64,000 bases of DNA. Source: an uncultured Methanobrevibacter sp. (lineage in GTDB: Archaea; Methanobacteriota; Methanobacteria; Methanobacteriales; Methanobacteriaceae). Position 1 is the stretch's first letter. The number at the start of each line of letters is the position of its first letter. Shown in pieces: positions 20,576 to 31,900 of this stretch. The position numbers were made by a program, and so were the translations under genes. Location: the NCBI GenBank assembly GCA_946404245.1, contig CAMJCX010000001.1, positions 23,836 to 87,835 on the forward strand, in the 5' to 3' direction. The notes below the pieces were generated by a model. It saw only the letters and a program-made list of their open reading frames with translations. It did not search any database and was not told where the DNA came from.

Positions 20576-21450
20576 TACCATGCCTTTAAAATCAAATTGC
20601 AGTCGTTAGTTCTGAAGTAATCATAGTTTAGGTTATGCATATTGAAATTTTTAGGAACGGATACCAGAACAGCCTTGACTTTGGGCTTGTTGAAGTGAAT
20701 GAACACCACAGCGCTCGGGTCATCATAGAAATTGATTTTATCGTTCAGGTATATTTTATCGGGTCCTGGATTTTCCCACATTCTGCCTTTGACCACTCTT
20801 GTAGTGTCTATTATATATTCCAAATCATTTTTTTCGCCGGAATCTATCAGCAAATAGTAATTGGAGCTTCTCAGATTCCCCTTAAAGACTTTGAAATAGT
20901 TGCAGCTGTGACTGTCCTGTGAATGTTTGTGGTTGCACTTTCCCCCATATTGAAAATCCTTTAGGACAAACTTTTTGAAAAAATCACATTTCACAAGCCT
21001 GTTTACTGAATAAGTGTCCTTGTTTTCATCAGAATTGCCTATTTTTACACTTGAAATGCTACTCTCCTGCGGAATCAATTCAAGTGATGTTTTGATTTTT
21101 GAGCCGAACATTTTCTCGTCAACCAGCTTTTTGTAGTTTTTCTTAAGTGCCATAAGCTTTTCATATGAAACGCTATTGGGGACAGTCTCACCCTCTTCGT
21201 TGATGATTGCAAGTCCGGGAGTTCCCTTGCCGTATTCCTCCCAATTGTCAGGCGTTCCGGGATTGTTGATTAGATTGTCCGCCATTTCTGATATTAGAAT
21301 TTCAGTGTTTTCAGTTTCAGCCGATTTGATTGCCTTGTTGCTCATCAATTCCGATGTATTTAGCACAATCCCTGTAATCATCAATGTTATTGCAAGCACT
21401 ATAGCTATTTCCACTGCAATGTTTCCTCTATTGTCCATCATCGCTATCAT
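20572..21450 (-). CDS. Pilin-like protein with class III signal peptide
   Basis: DNRG|NIAVE followed by a hydrophobic stretch (Glu at +5); PGTPDNWE motif. Confidence 0.6.
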   Translation of the reverse strand: MIAMMDNRGNIAVEIAIVLAITLMITGIVLNTSELMSNKAIKSAETENTEILISEMADNLINNPGTPDNWEEYGKGTPGLAIINEEGETVPNSVSYEKLMALKKNYKKLVDEKMFGSKIKTSLELIPQESSISSVKIGNSDENKDTYSVNRLVKCDFFKKFVLKDFQYGGKCNHKHSQDSHSCNYFKVFKGNLRSSNYYLLIDSGEKNDLEYIIDTTRVVKGRMWENPGPDKIYLNDKINFYDDPSAVVFIHFNKPKVKAVLVSVPKNFNMHNLNYDYFRTNDCNLILKAWY

Positions 21451-22375
21451 ACAACCCGTATTTCTTTTGGTGTGAGCTATCGAGAATTAAGCTGTCAATG
21501 TCAAGCTTGTCAATTTTATGGCCGGTGTAATGGTCATGGAAAACAACATGGTCCGAACAGGATATGGAATCATTAATAAGGGGGGTATGCGTTTGAATGA
21601 AAACTTCCATTCCATAATGGGGGCATTTTCCCTTGCCTTCGAGCCTGCAGAGATAGCAGCTTCCGTCTGCACTTTCATGGAAATATCCCTGTTTGAGACA
21701 ATCCTTCAATACGCCAGGGTCTCCATGGTGGATGTAAGGGTCATAAGGACATTTCTTTATGTATAGTGGCGTGGTTGCAAATGCATATGAAAAAGGCGAG
21801 TCGAGATTTCTCAGTTTAAGATATCGGGTTAGCGCATTTTTGTAGTTGAGCTTGTCTCCCTGATAGAATACCCCTGAGGCAACGCCCAGTTTTGCAAGGG
21901 GAAGCGGATCTCTCAATCCTTCAATTGAGACGTTCTTTTCAATAATTCTGTTGAATCTGTCGTTGTTCTTTTTGACATTGAGCTTGACTTTTATCAATAC
22001 CTTCCAGGGGCTGTCCGTCGGCAAGACAGAAAGCACCTCAGAGTTTATATCAACATCATATTTTTCCTTAAATTCCTCATTCTTTTTGTCAAGCTTCTTG
22101 TTCAGGTTCTTTTTAATCTGGTCTTCACTGTCTAAAAGCCTGTACGTATGATAAACCTTATCGCATGCATCAGCTATCGAATCCCTTCCCAAAACTTCCA
22201 GATTGTTTGAATAGTCGTCGACAACATGCTTGAAGTTATCATTTTCTAAGGAGTCAATATTTTCATTTTGAATGTAATTTATGGCCGTAAAAACAAAAAT
22301 GGCTATCAATAACAATATTGTTATTAAAATAACTGTCGTTCCTAGTATTAAATTACCTTTTGAGTCGATTTTCAT
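21428..22375 (-). CDS. Pilin-like / pilus-associated protein with Cys/His-rich C-terminal domain
   Basis: DSKG|NLILG plus hydrophobic helix; IEGLRDPL; CPYDPY.HH, SCYLCRLEG, CPHYG. Confidence 0.55.
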   Translation of the reverse strand: MKIDSKGNLILGTTVILITILLLIAIFVFTAINYIQNENIDSLENDNFKHVVDDYSNNLEVLGRDSIADACDKVYHTYRLLDSEDQIKKNLNKKLDKKNEEFKEKYDVDINSEVLSVLPTDSPWKVLIKVKLNVKKNNDRFNRIIEKNVSIEGLRDPLPLAKLGVASGVFYQGDKLNYKNALTRYLKLRNLDSPFSYAFATTPLYIKKCPYDPYIHHGDPGVLKDCLKQGYFHESADGSCYLCRLEGKGKCPHYGMEVFIQTHTPLINDSISCSDHVVFHDHYTGHKIDKLDIDSLILDSSHQKKYGLYDSDDGQ

Positions 22376-22543
22376 TATTAAAAATATAACCTGAAATTAT
22401 AAATTTATTTTTCAAGTGCGACTTTATGATTTTTCACAAAAGTATTAAATTTTTAGGATTTTTCAAAAATAAGTAATAAAAAAAATAGTTATTTATATTA
22501 TTGATTAGATATTATACATATTGAAAATATTTGGAGGATTATC

Positions 22544-22942
22544 ATGTCAGATACTGTTAGAACATGGCGTCATATACAACAAAGATATAATCTTATTGGT
22601 TCTAAGTGTACTACCTGTGGAGAATTGTTTTTCCCATCCCGTGTAGTTTGTCCTAACTGTAGAAGAAAAGGAAACCTTGAACCGTTCCAATTCAGTGGAA
22701 AAGGTAAAATTCACACATTTTCAATTATCAGGTCAGCTCCTGACGATTTCAAAAAAGCAGCTCCATATGCTGTAGCTGTAATTGAACTCGAAGAAGGCGC
22801 TAAATTAACATCTCAACTTGTAGATTGTAATGTTGATGAAATTGAAATTGGTGACGATGTAGAAATGGTCTTTAGGAAAATCAGAGAGGATGGAAAAGAC
22901 GGAGTAATCTCCTATGGATACAAATTCAAAGTTATCAAATAA
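22544..22942 (+). CDS. DUF35 Zn-ribbon/OB-fold protein (scaffold-type partner of thiolase/HMG-CoA synthase)
   Basis: KCTTCG..FFP.R..CPNC, GKIHTFS, PYAVAVIELEEG. Confidence 0.85.
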   Translation: MSDTVRTWRHIQQRYNLIGSKCTTCGELFFPSRVVCPNCRRKGNLEPFQFSGKGKIHTFSIIRSAPDDFKKAAPYAVAVIELEEGAKLTSQLVDCNVDEIEIGDDVEMVFRKIREDGKDGVISYGYKFKVIK

Positions 22943-23816
22943 TTCTGCAGTGATTCTGGTAAGTCATGGAAGTACTTTACCTTATGCTGAAGAAGTGTTT
23001 AAAGAAATAAAAGAAAAATTTATCAAAAAATCAGGACTTCCAGCTGAAATCGGATACATGAAAGTTTCCGAGCCTACAATTGCCGGAGCTGTTGAAATAT
23101 TAAAAGAGGAAGTTGAAGATTTGGATAAAATCATCGCACTTCCTGTGTTTTTGGCTCCTGGAATACACACAAATATCGATATTCCGCAACTTTTGGGTCT
23201 GGAACCTTTGGAAGTTGATCCAAGATGTCCTGATGGAAATTATCCTGCTGAACATTATTTATCAATTGCTGATGATGTTGACTTTGATGGAGAAATTGAA
23301 CTTTTAGGCTCAATCGGTCCAAGAGACAAGCTATTAGACATTATTGATAAAAGAATTTCTGAAGCGCTATCCGAATCAAAGTTGGATGACAGTGCAAAGA
23401 CCGGAATTTTACTTGTAACTCACGGATCCAGATTAAATTACAATAAGGAATTTGCAACCGCTTTATACGATAAGTTTGAAAAGACTTGCGACTTACCGTC
23501 CAGTTTCGGATTTATGGAATTGTGCGGTCCAAGCATTCCGGAATCCATTAATAAACTGGTGGATGAAAACGGTTTGGAAAGATTGGTTGTTGTTCCGGTA
23601 TTCATTGCTCCCGGAATGCACACAACTCACGACATTCCACATATATTAGGATTTTTGGAAGATCATGAACATGAACATTCACATGGTCACGGCCATGGAC
23701 ATGACCACACTCATGACCTCACTCCCGTCGAGTTTGATGGAGAGATATTATATCCTGAGCCTATTAAAGCGGATGATATATTAATAGACATTTTAATTGA
23801 TATGGTAAATGAATAG
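22914..23816 (+). CDS. Two-domain CbiX/CfbA sirohydrochlorin chelatase
   Basis: Two repeats of HGS...PVF(L/I)APG.HT..DIP; His-rich insert in domain 2. Confidence 0.85.
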   Translation: MDTNSKLSNNSAVILVSHGSTLPYAEEVFKEIKEKFIKKSGLPAEIGYMKVSEPTIAGAVEILKEEVEDLDKIIALPVFLAPGIHTNIDIPQLLGLEPLEVDPRCPDGNYPAEHYLSIADDVDFDGEIELLGSIGPRDKLLDIIDKRISEALSESKLDDSAKTGILLVTHGSRLNYNKEFATALYDKFEKTCDLPSSFGFMELCGPSIPESINKLVDENGLERLVVVPVFIAPGMHTTHDIPHILGFLEDHEHEHSHGHGHGHDHTHDLTPVEFDGEILYPEPIKADDILIDILIDMVNE

Positions 23817-23919
23817 TCATAAATTTATCCATATATTTTTTTGAAAAATTTTTATTTCAAGATAACTTCAATGAATTTAATTTAAAATTTAATTATAACT
23901 TATTAACGGATGATAAAAT

Positions 23920-24417
23920 ATGTCTGATAAGAAAACAGGAATCTTACTTTTAAGCCACGGTTCCAGATTGGATGATGGTGAAGAAGTAATTAAAGCTTAT
24001 AAAGAAATGTATGAAAAGGAATTCCCTGAAATCCCTGTAGAATATGGATTCATGGAAATTAGAGAACCAGGTATTCCAGAAACAGTCAAAAAGTTAAATT
24101 CCGAAAACGATTTGGAAAAAATAATTGTTGTACCTGTGTTTGTAGCACATGGATTGCATACCAAAAGAGACATACCTGGAATTTTAGGTATTGAAAGTGA
24201 TTTTGACCCTGAATCAATCGGAGGACACGGACATCATCATCACCACGGACATGATGACCACGACCATGGACATGACCACGGGCATCATCATCACCACCAT
24301 CACGGACACGATGATGAAAAGGTCGAGTTTGACGGTGAAATCGTATTGACAGATCCTTTAGGAATCGACACACGTCTATACGAAATTATAAAAGACAGAG
24401 TTTCAGACGCTTTATAG
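23920..24417 (+). CDS. cfbA: Single-domain sirohydrochlorin Ni/Co chelatase with poly-His insert
   Basis: SHGSR, GFMEI.EP, PVFVAHGLHTKRDIP; long His/Asp/Gly tract. Confidence 0.82.
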   Translation: MSDKKTGILLLSHGSRLDDGEEVIKAYKEMYEKEFPEIPVEYGFMEIREPGIPETVKKLNSENDLEKIIVVPVFVAHGLHTKRDIPGILGIESDFDPESIGGHGHHHHHGHDDHDHGHDHGHHHHHHHGHDDEKVEFDGEIVLTDPLGIDTRLYEIIKDRVSDAL

Positions 24418-24459
24418 TTCTGAAACTTAATTTTTACTTTTTTTAGATTAAAAATAGTT

Positions 24460-25062
24460 TTAATGGCATTCTATGGCATGCCAAGTCATATCAAAGTTTT
24501 TCTCAAAAATCTGATCAAAACTCTCATCTGGGGAAAACAACCAGAAATATTGAATTCCCATATACATTATATACAATGATTCCACAATGCTTTTAGTTGG
24601 GAAGTCTTGACTGATTTCATTTTGCCTTTTGCCCTCTTCCACAAGGCCGGTTAAAAATTTTCTAGTGTCATTTCCTGTTTGTGAAATCATTCTGTTAGTG
24701 TCATCATCGGCGTAGCCTGTTCCGGTTAAAAGAAGGACTACATCCCTGTAATTGATTTTTTCATTGATGCTTTCAATTTCCACACCGTTTATGAAGTGAT
24801 GTAAAACATAACACAATGCATCATGGATTCTCTCCTTTGATGAACCTTCAAGGGTGATTTGATCAAAATCTATTTTGATATAATTCACAATATACTTTTG
24901 CAGAATCGCTTCAAACAAGTCGCTTTTATCTGAAAAATGATAATATATGCCGCCTGTTGTCAGCCCTGTACAATTTCGAATTTCACTGATTGAAATATCA
25001 ATTGTACCCTTCTCCAATATTAGTTTCAGTGTTTTTTCAAGAATCAAGTCTTTAGTGTTCAT
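24460..25062 (-). CDS. TetR/AcrR family transcriptional regulator
   Basis: TKDLILEKT...SISEI...TGGIYYHFSDKSDL HTH. Confidence 0.9.
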   Translation of the reverse strand: MNTKDLILEKTLKLILEKGTIDISISEIRNCTGLTTGGIYYHFSDKSDLFEAILQKYIVNYIKIDFDQITLEGSSKERIHDALCYVLHHFINGVEIESINEKINYRDVVLLLTGTGYADDDTNRMISQTGNDTRKFLTGLVEEGKRQNEISQDFPTKSIVESLYIMYMGIQYFWLFSPDESFDQIFEKNFDMTWHAIECH

Positions 25063-25093
25063 CTAACCACATCATGTTTTTCATATCTATTAA

Positions 25094-25702
25094 TTATTCT
25101 CTGAATCTTATCTTTTCCCATTCCAAATTAAAAATATCTTCAAATTCTGAAGTCATATCATCAATCAGATATACCTCCCAGTTATATTGAATTCCCATAT
25201 ACATTATAATTAATGAGCCTACAAGGTCTTCGTTTGGGAGGTCCTGACGGATTTCCCCGTTTTTTTTACCTTCCTCAATAATTTCTGTGAGAAATTCCCT
25301 CAATTCTTTTAGGTTAATTTGGCCAAACTCCGCAGAATTTTCATAGCTAAATCCGTTTCCGGTTAAAACCATCAATATTGATCTGTAGTCTATTTCTTCA
25401 TCAATAGATTCAATCTTGATTCCGGTTTCTTTTTGCTTAAAAATTTCAGCCATGACGTCGTGGATTTTCTCTTTTGCATTTCCCTTTATCTGTCTGAGTT
25501 TGTCTATATTGAATTTGTAATAGTTTATATAGTATTTTTCAGTAATTTCATCATATATTTCTTCTTTATTTGAAAAATAGTGGTATATTCCACCGATAGC
25601 AATTCCGGATGAGGCACTAATTTCTCTAATTGAAACGATGGAGTTTTGTTTTTCAATCATTAATTTTAAAGTCTTTTCTAAAATTAACTCTTTAGTATTC
25701 AT
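25094..25702 (-). CDS. TetR/AcrR family transcriptional regulator (tandem paralog)
   Basis: TKELILEKT...SIREI...IGGIYHYFSNKEEI HTH; similar along its length to the neighbouring TetR. Confidence 0.9.
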   Translation of the reverse strand: MNTKELILEKTLKLMIEKQNSIVSIREISASSGIAIGGIYHYFSNKEEIYDEITEKYYINYYKFNIDKLRQIKGNAKEKIHDVMAEIFKQKETGIKIESIDEEIDYRSILMVLTGNGFSYENSAEFGQINLKELREFLTEIIEEGKKNGEIRQDLPNEDLVGSLIIMYMGIQYNWEVYLIDDMTSEFEDIFNLEWEKIRFRE

Positions 25703-25744
25703 ACATTTATTAATTTATATTTTATTATTATATAAAATGTATAG

Positions 25745-25798
25745 AGAACAACCGTTCTGTTGTTGTGTAAAATTAAAATTAAGAACAAATGTTCTGTT
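25745..25798. promoter_or_regulatory. Two palindromic operator-like boxes AGAAC-N4-GTTCT
   Basis: AGAACAACCGTTCT(GTT) at 25745 and AGAACAAATGTTCT(GTT) at 25782, between the divergent tetR and adhesin genes. Confidence 0.65.
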
Positions 25799-25940
25799 AT
25801 ATTGAAAAATGGAAACTGAATTTATAGATTTCATTAATTAAGCAACATAAATTTTATAAAACAATAAACGGATAAATATTAATGAGAAAATTTTTTAATA
25901 AATATTCTCTAATTATTCATACAATTTGAGGTATTTTGAA

Positions 25941-28900
25941 ATGAAGAAAAAAACGATAGGAATATTGCTGATAATCCTTGTAATGTTTATAAGTATCGGC
26001 GCAATTTCAGCCGCTGATGCTAACGAAACATTGATGGAAGAAGTCAGTGATACCGAGATAGCAACGACTTCTGTTGCTATTGAACAGGACAATGCCATTT
26101 CACCGGATAGTGAAAGTGGTGGAGATGTTGAAATTAATGTAACGGACAGTCGAGATGAAAAATCAATTTCGAATGAGGTGAAGGTAACTTCCAAATCAAA
26201 TGAGGTGCTTTCCGCTTCTAGTGATGATGTGCTTAAAGCCAGCTCAAACTGTTTTTATTGGGTTGAAGATGGCAGTTGGTACGAGGATTTGCGTGACGCA
26301 ATGGACCATATTGCAAGTAGTTCTAGTAAAACAGGAACAATATTAGTTAATGCAGGTACATACACTGAGCTTGACAGAGTAACCTGTGGGGACATATATA
26401 TCCATTTTGAAAGTGCAGCAACAATAACAATACAGCCTTTTAACAAAGGTGATACTGTTATTTTCGACGGCAGTGTTGCGAAAAATAATTACCTGTTTTG
26501 GTTAGACCATCAAGACTTAAAAGTCACATTCAATGACATAACATTCAAAAAAGGACATGCAACAGCTGATGGTGGTGCTATCGAAGTTGCTCACGGACAA
26601 GTGACATTGAACAACTGTATACTGACTGAAAATGAAGCCCTTGATCATGGTGGAGCTGTAAGTGTGGCCGATGCTGGAACATTCATAGCCAACAATTGCC
26701 GGTTCATAAATAATTGGGCAGAAGACGATGGTGGAGCCATCTCCTGTGAGGATGACGGTACTGTTGAACTTAATAATTGTTATTTTGAAGGCAATAAAAA
26801 GATTAAAGATGGTATCGAAGAAGAAAATGACTTCGGATATGAAGATGGCGCAGGTAAACCTGGATTTTGGACTTTTGACGATTGTCTATTTAAAGGACAT
26901 GGTTCCCTTGATATTGCACCAGATGCTCCTAGTCAATCAGTGGAAATAACTCCTGACGTTGAAGATGAGGGTGTAAATTATGCTGTTTTATATTTAAATG
27001 GTGAGGAGTATAAAAGAAAACTTTGTGATAGTATCAATCCTGCAACCTTTGAGGATTTGGAACCAGGCACTTATACAGTTTACATGATGAAAGAATGGGA
27101 AAAAAGATACATATATCCTGATAATACTTTTACTATTATAGAAGCTAATTTTGTTTTAGACGATAAGGACGTATTTGAAACTTTAAGTGCTGCTGTAAAT
27201 GCTATTCCTAATGGTGGAAGTGGAGTAATTACTGTTGAAGCTAATACATACACTGGCTCTGCTAATTTTAACGTGCAGATTAGAAATAAAGTAGTAACAA
27301 TTAGGCCTAAAATTATTTCCGAATATGAGGATACTGTCATTTTCTCAGCCGATTCTCAAAGTTATCTGTTGAATGTAGGTTCTGATGCCCAACTTATCTT
27401 GGAAGATATAGTTATAACCGGTAAATTTTCAGATGCTGCATTAATATTCACTAGCGATTTGGAGTCTTCCATTACAGACTGTGAATTTAATAATATTAAA
27501 AATTCTGAAAATCAACCTGGAACTCCAATTGATGCCCAAAATTCAAAATTGGAACTTAATGGTACTAATTTTGAGTTAAATGGTAATATTATCTTAAAAA
27601 ACACTGTTGCAACTATAAATGAATGTACTTTCACCAATAACACTGGCGAACAGGGTGGAGCAATTGATGCAAATCCTTCTTCAGATCTAACTATTACAAG
27701 TTCAGAATTTACCCATAATATTGCTAATGAAGGTGGAGCAATATATGCTACTAATCTTAAAGTTGAAGGTAGTGAATTTACATTAAATGTTGCGGAATTA
27801 GGAGGAGCTGTTTATATAACTGACAACAGTGACAGCCTCGTTAATATTACCACCTCTGTTTTTGATTCCAATCTTGCAACCAATTCTAGAAACATTTACT
27901 CTGCATCACCAACAAGGAAATTTAATTTAGAGTTTAATGAATATGATTTGGATTTATCAATGAATGAAAAAGATGCTTCCTATGGTGCAGATTATATTCT
28001 TACTGGTGTTTTTGACTGGGGTTCAAATTTAAATAATGATGTAACTCTTTTATCCGGAACAATTGATGAAAATATTTTCGGAGAAGTACTTACAGTTGAA
28101 AATAACACCTTTAATATAAATCTTGGAGTGCTGAGCGGTGGAACACACGAATTAGCCATGATTGGAATGTTTACTCAGGGAGACAGTGCTGACCATTTCT
28201 ATACTCATATGTATTATTCCGATTTAAATGGAAACGAATTCTATTTAACAAACCCTGCATATCTAAAAGTAGTTATTGCAAAAGCTGTAATATTATTAAA
28301 TCTTGAGGTAAAAGATGTATTACTACCTGAAATACCTGTTTTAAATGTTTATGCTAACTGGGATAATAATTACACAATTTTCATTGGAAATAAATATTAT
28401 CCGCTTGAAGTTGTAAACGGTAAAGGCAGCATGCAGCTCACTGGCCTTGATTTAGGCAATTATTCAGTTGTTGCTATGCGCGATGCTGATGAAAACTTTG
28501 ATTTTGTTATGAATTTCACTACTTTTTCCATAAGTAAAACTTACAGCAACTTCATAGTCCTAAGTACAAATGTGGAATATGATACTTTGGCAGAGGCTGT
28601 AGCCAATTCCGATGCTGAAGATACCATATATGTTAAAAAAGGAACATACACTGACACAAAAATAGTAATCTCCAATAAGACTTTAGATATTGTTGCATTG
28701 GAAAATGCTGTCTTTGATGCTCAGGGCAGTGATGCGAATTTCATAATAATCAACCAAAATGCGGAAGTTTATATTCATGGTATAACATTCAGAGGAATTC
28801 ACAACAGAAATACCAATTATGGAGCTATAGTGAACCACGGATACCTTTCAGTGGATTCATGTAATTTTACAGACAATAAGATTACAAAGACCTCATTTGC

Positions 28901-31900
28901 TGGAAACGGTGGAGCAGCTATATTCAGTGACGGCGAATCACTCGAAATTGACAACTGTAATTTCATAAATAATGTCGCTCCTTTAAAAGCAAGTACTGCA
29001 GCAGTCACATCCTTGGGTTATGAGGATATTTCAATCACAGATTCCAAATTCATAAATAACACCGCACGTGATGGTGGAGCAGTTCACTTTGAAAACATTT
29101 CCCAATTTGAACCAGCAATCATTTCATGTGAATTTGAACAGAATACTGCTGTTAAAGGATCTGCAATATATGTCGGAAACAATTCCAGATATGTATCTGT
29201 AACCCTATCTAATTTCGTGAAAAACAACGTCAAAAATAGTTTAGGAGAAAAAGCTCAACTTGAAGGTGGGGCAATATATGTCAATGCCAACAATGATGAT
29301 GTAGCTCTGGATATTTCTTTATCCAATTTTGAACACAATTCCAACAGTGATGTAGACGGCGGAGCCATATGTCTTGACGGAAGTTCAAATGCATTCATTG
29401 ACAGCTGTGTCTTCAATAACAATAGCGGTAAGTTGGGTTCTGCAATTTTAATCAAAAACCCTAATGATAAAAAGCTAACATTATTGGTAGACAGCAGTGC
29501 CTTTATAAATAACCATGCAACAAATGGAGCCGTTGCAACCTCTCCTAGAGTTACCGCACTCTTTGATGAGTGTATTTTTGCAAATAACACTGGAGAAAAC
29601 AGAAATATTTACAGCAATGGATTTACCGTGGCTCATGATACAGTTTTCGATGTTAAAGATGCTAAATTAAGTGCATTATCTGTTTCATATGGTAATGACT
29701 CAATAATAAAAGGTACAGTAGACATCGGTGCCAATATCTACTCAGCAGCAAACTTAACAGTTGCTGGTGAAAATGTCATTGTAGAAGTTGAAAACAATAA
29801 ATTCACTTATAATGCAGGCGTATTGAATCAGGGTAAACATACAGCTGTTTTAAACAATGTTGTAGATATGAACAATAATACCTACCTGATGGACAGCATA
29901 ACCGTAAATTTCAAAGTTAACCGTGCAGGTGTTGAATTTAATGTTTCTGTTGACAATATTACTTATGGTGAAACTCTGAAAGTAGTTGAAACATTACCTT
30001 CTACCGTTTCAGGTACTGTAAGTTACCAATTGAATGGAAAATATTACACAAAAGATGAACTCGAATCATTGAAATTAGATGCTGGAAATTACACTCTCGT
30101 AGCCAGCTATAATAATGAAAATTACGTGCCTTCAACTTCCATAATTAATTTTGTAGTTAATAAAGCCAATCCGACCATATCTGTAGAGGATGTGGAAGTA
30201 GAAGATAATGGAACCGTTGTTGTAAACATAAAAACAAATGTTCCTTCAATCTATACAATAGAAATTGGAGATTACAAAACTGATAAATATGTAAACGGCA
30301 GCAGATCTGTTGAAATAGATAAAATATTTGAACCTGGAACCTACACAATCAAAGTTACTTCACAGGAACGTGTAAACTACATATCAAATTTCACTGAAGC
30401 CACTTTGAAAGTCACTAAAACTCTTGGAGCATTCACATTAAGTGCCTCTAATAAAGTCACATCTCCAAATAATGCTATCATTGGGGTTTCAGCTCCGGAA
30501 AATGCAGTAGGAAATATCACATACACAATAACAGATTCAAATAAAAACGTTGTTAAAACCCTAACCCAATCCTGCAGAGATGATTTAATCGTTTCAGGTT
30601 TGGATGCTGGAGACTATGAAATCAATGCAGTATTTGAAGGCGATGATTTATACTATTCAACCAGCAATATCAAAATGGCCCCATTATCCATTATGAGGTC
30701 TGCAAATAATGAAGATATCCGCACTTCTGGTGAAGATGACTACAATGATGATGAATATTATAACTATCCATTCATATACCAGGAAGATGAAGATTCAGAT
30801 TATGAATATTATGAAACCCTGGAAGAAGCAATAGATGCGGCTTCACTAATGGGAGGAATCATTACAGTTAGAGGCGGAACATATTATTACGAAGATGGAA
30901 ACGCTGGTATTGATATTGAAGGAGAATTAGAAATAACAATCAGAGCATTTGAAGGCGAAGAGGTTATTTTTGACTGTCAACATGAAAGTGACTTCCTGTA
31001 TTTAACATATGATACTGAAGTAGAGGTAATTGAGGCAGTTCCACCTATTCCTGTAATATATAATACACCAGGTCCTACCATTACACTTGAAAACCTTACC
31101 GTGATTAACGGATATGCCGTCAGTGATGGTGCAGTTATTGAAATGGATGCTGGTATTTTAACATTGATGAACTGTAATTTCTACAATAACGATGCTGAAT
31201 ATGGTGGAGTAATATATATCGGTTCAGCTTCTTCAGACCAGGATGCAGATGTCATTGCAGTTAACTGTACATTTATAAACAATACCGCAAGATCTGAAGG
31301 TGGAGCAATCTACATTTCAGAAGGTCTTGAACAGTTCGTATCCGCATCATTTGCCGGATGTACATTTTTAGACAACTACCAAGGTGAAGGTGATGAAAGA
31401 ACTATGAATTACTTTGCAGGCGATGCTGTTGAAGAAATAGTCAAGAAAGCTTGTGTATTTAATGGTAAAGGTACATTAGATTTCAATATGGATAAAATCA
31501 ACCAGACTGTTACTGTTGTCGGTACATCTGAGGATGTCTTCGATTCAGTTGTTTTAATGTACTTCGGTCATGTGCCTTTATATTCAATTTACAATAACGG
31601 ATCTCAGAGTTTCAATGTCACTTTCGAGGACGTAATGGGTGGAAACTACACTATAGGTGTAATGAATGACCATGACCTCAATACATATATCTTTACAGAT
31701 AAACAATTTGAAATGAAAGTGCCAAACTTCATCATATCCGCAGATGAGGTATATGAAAACTTAACTGATGCTATTGGCAATGTTACAGATAATGGTATTA
31801 TTTATGCAAATGCAAATTATCATATTGATGAGAATATGGAAATTGTGTTCAACAAATCCTTCACCCTTAAAAATTTCAGAGACCGTATGGTTGTTTTCGA

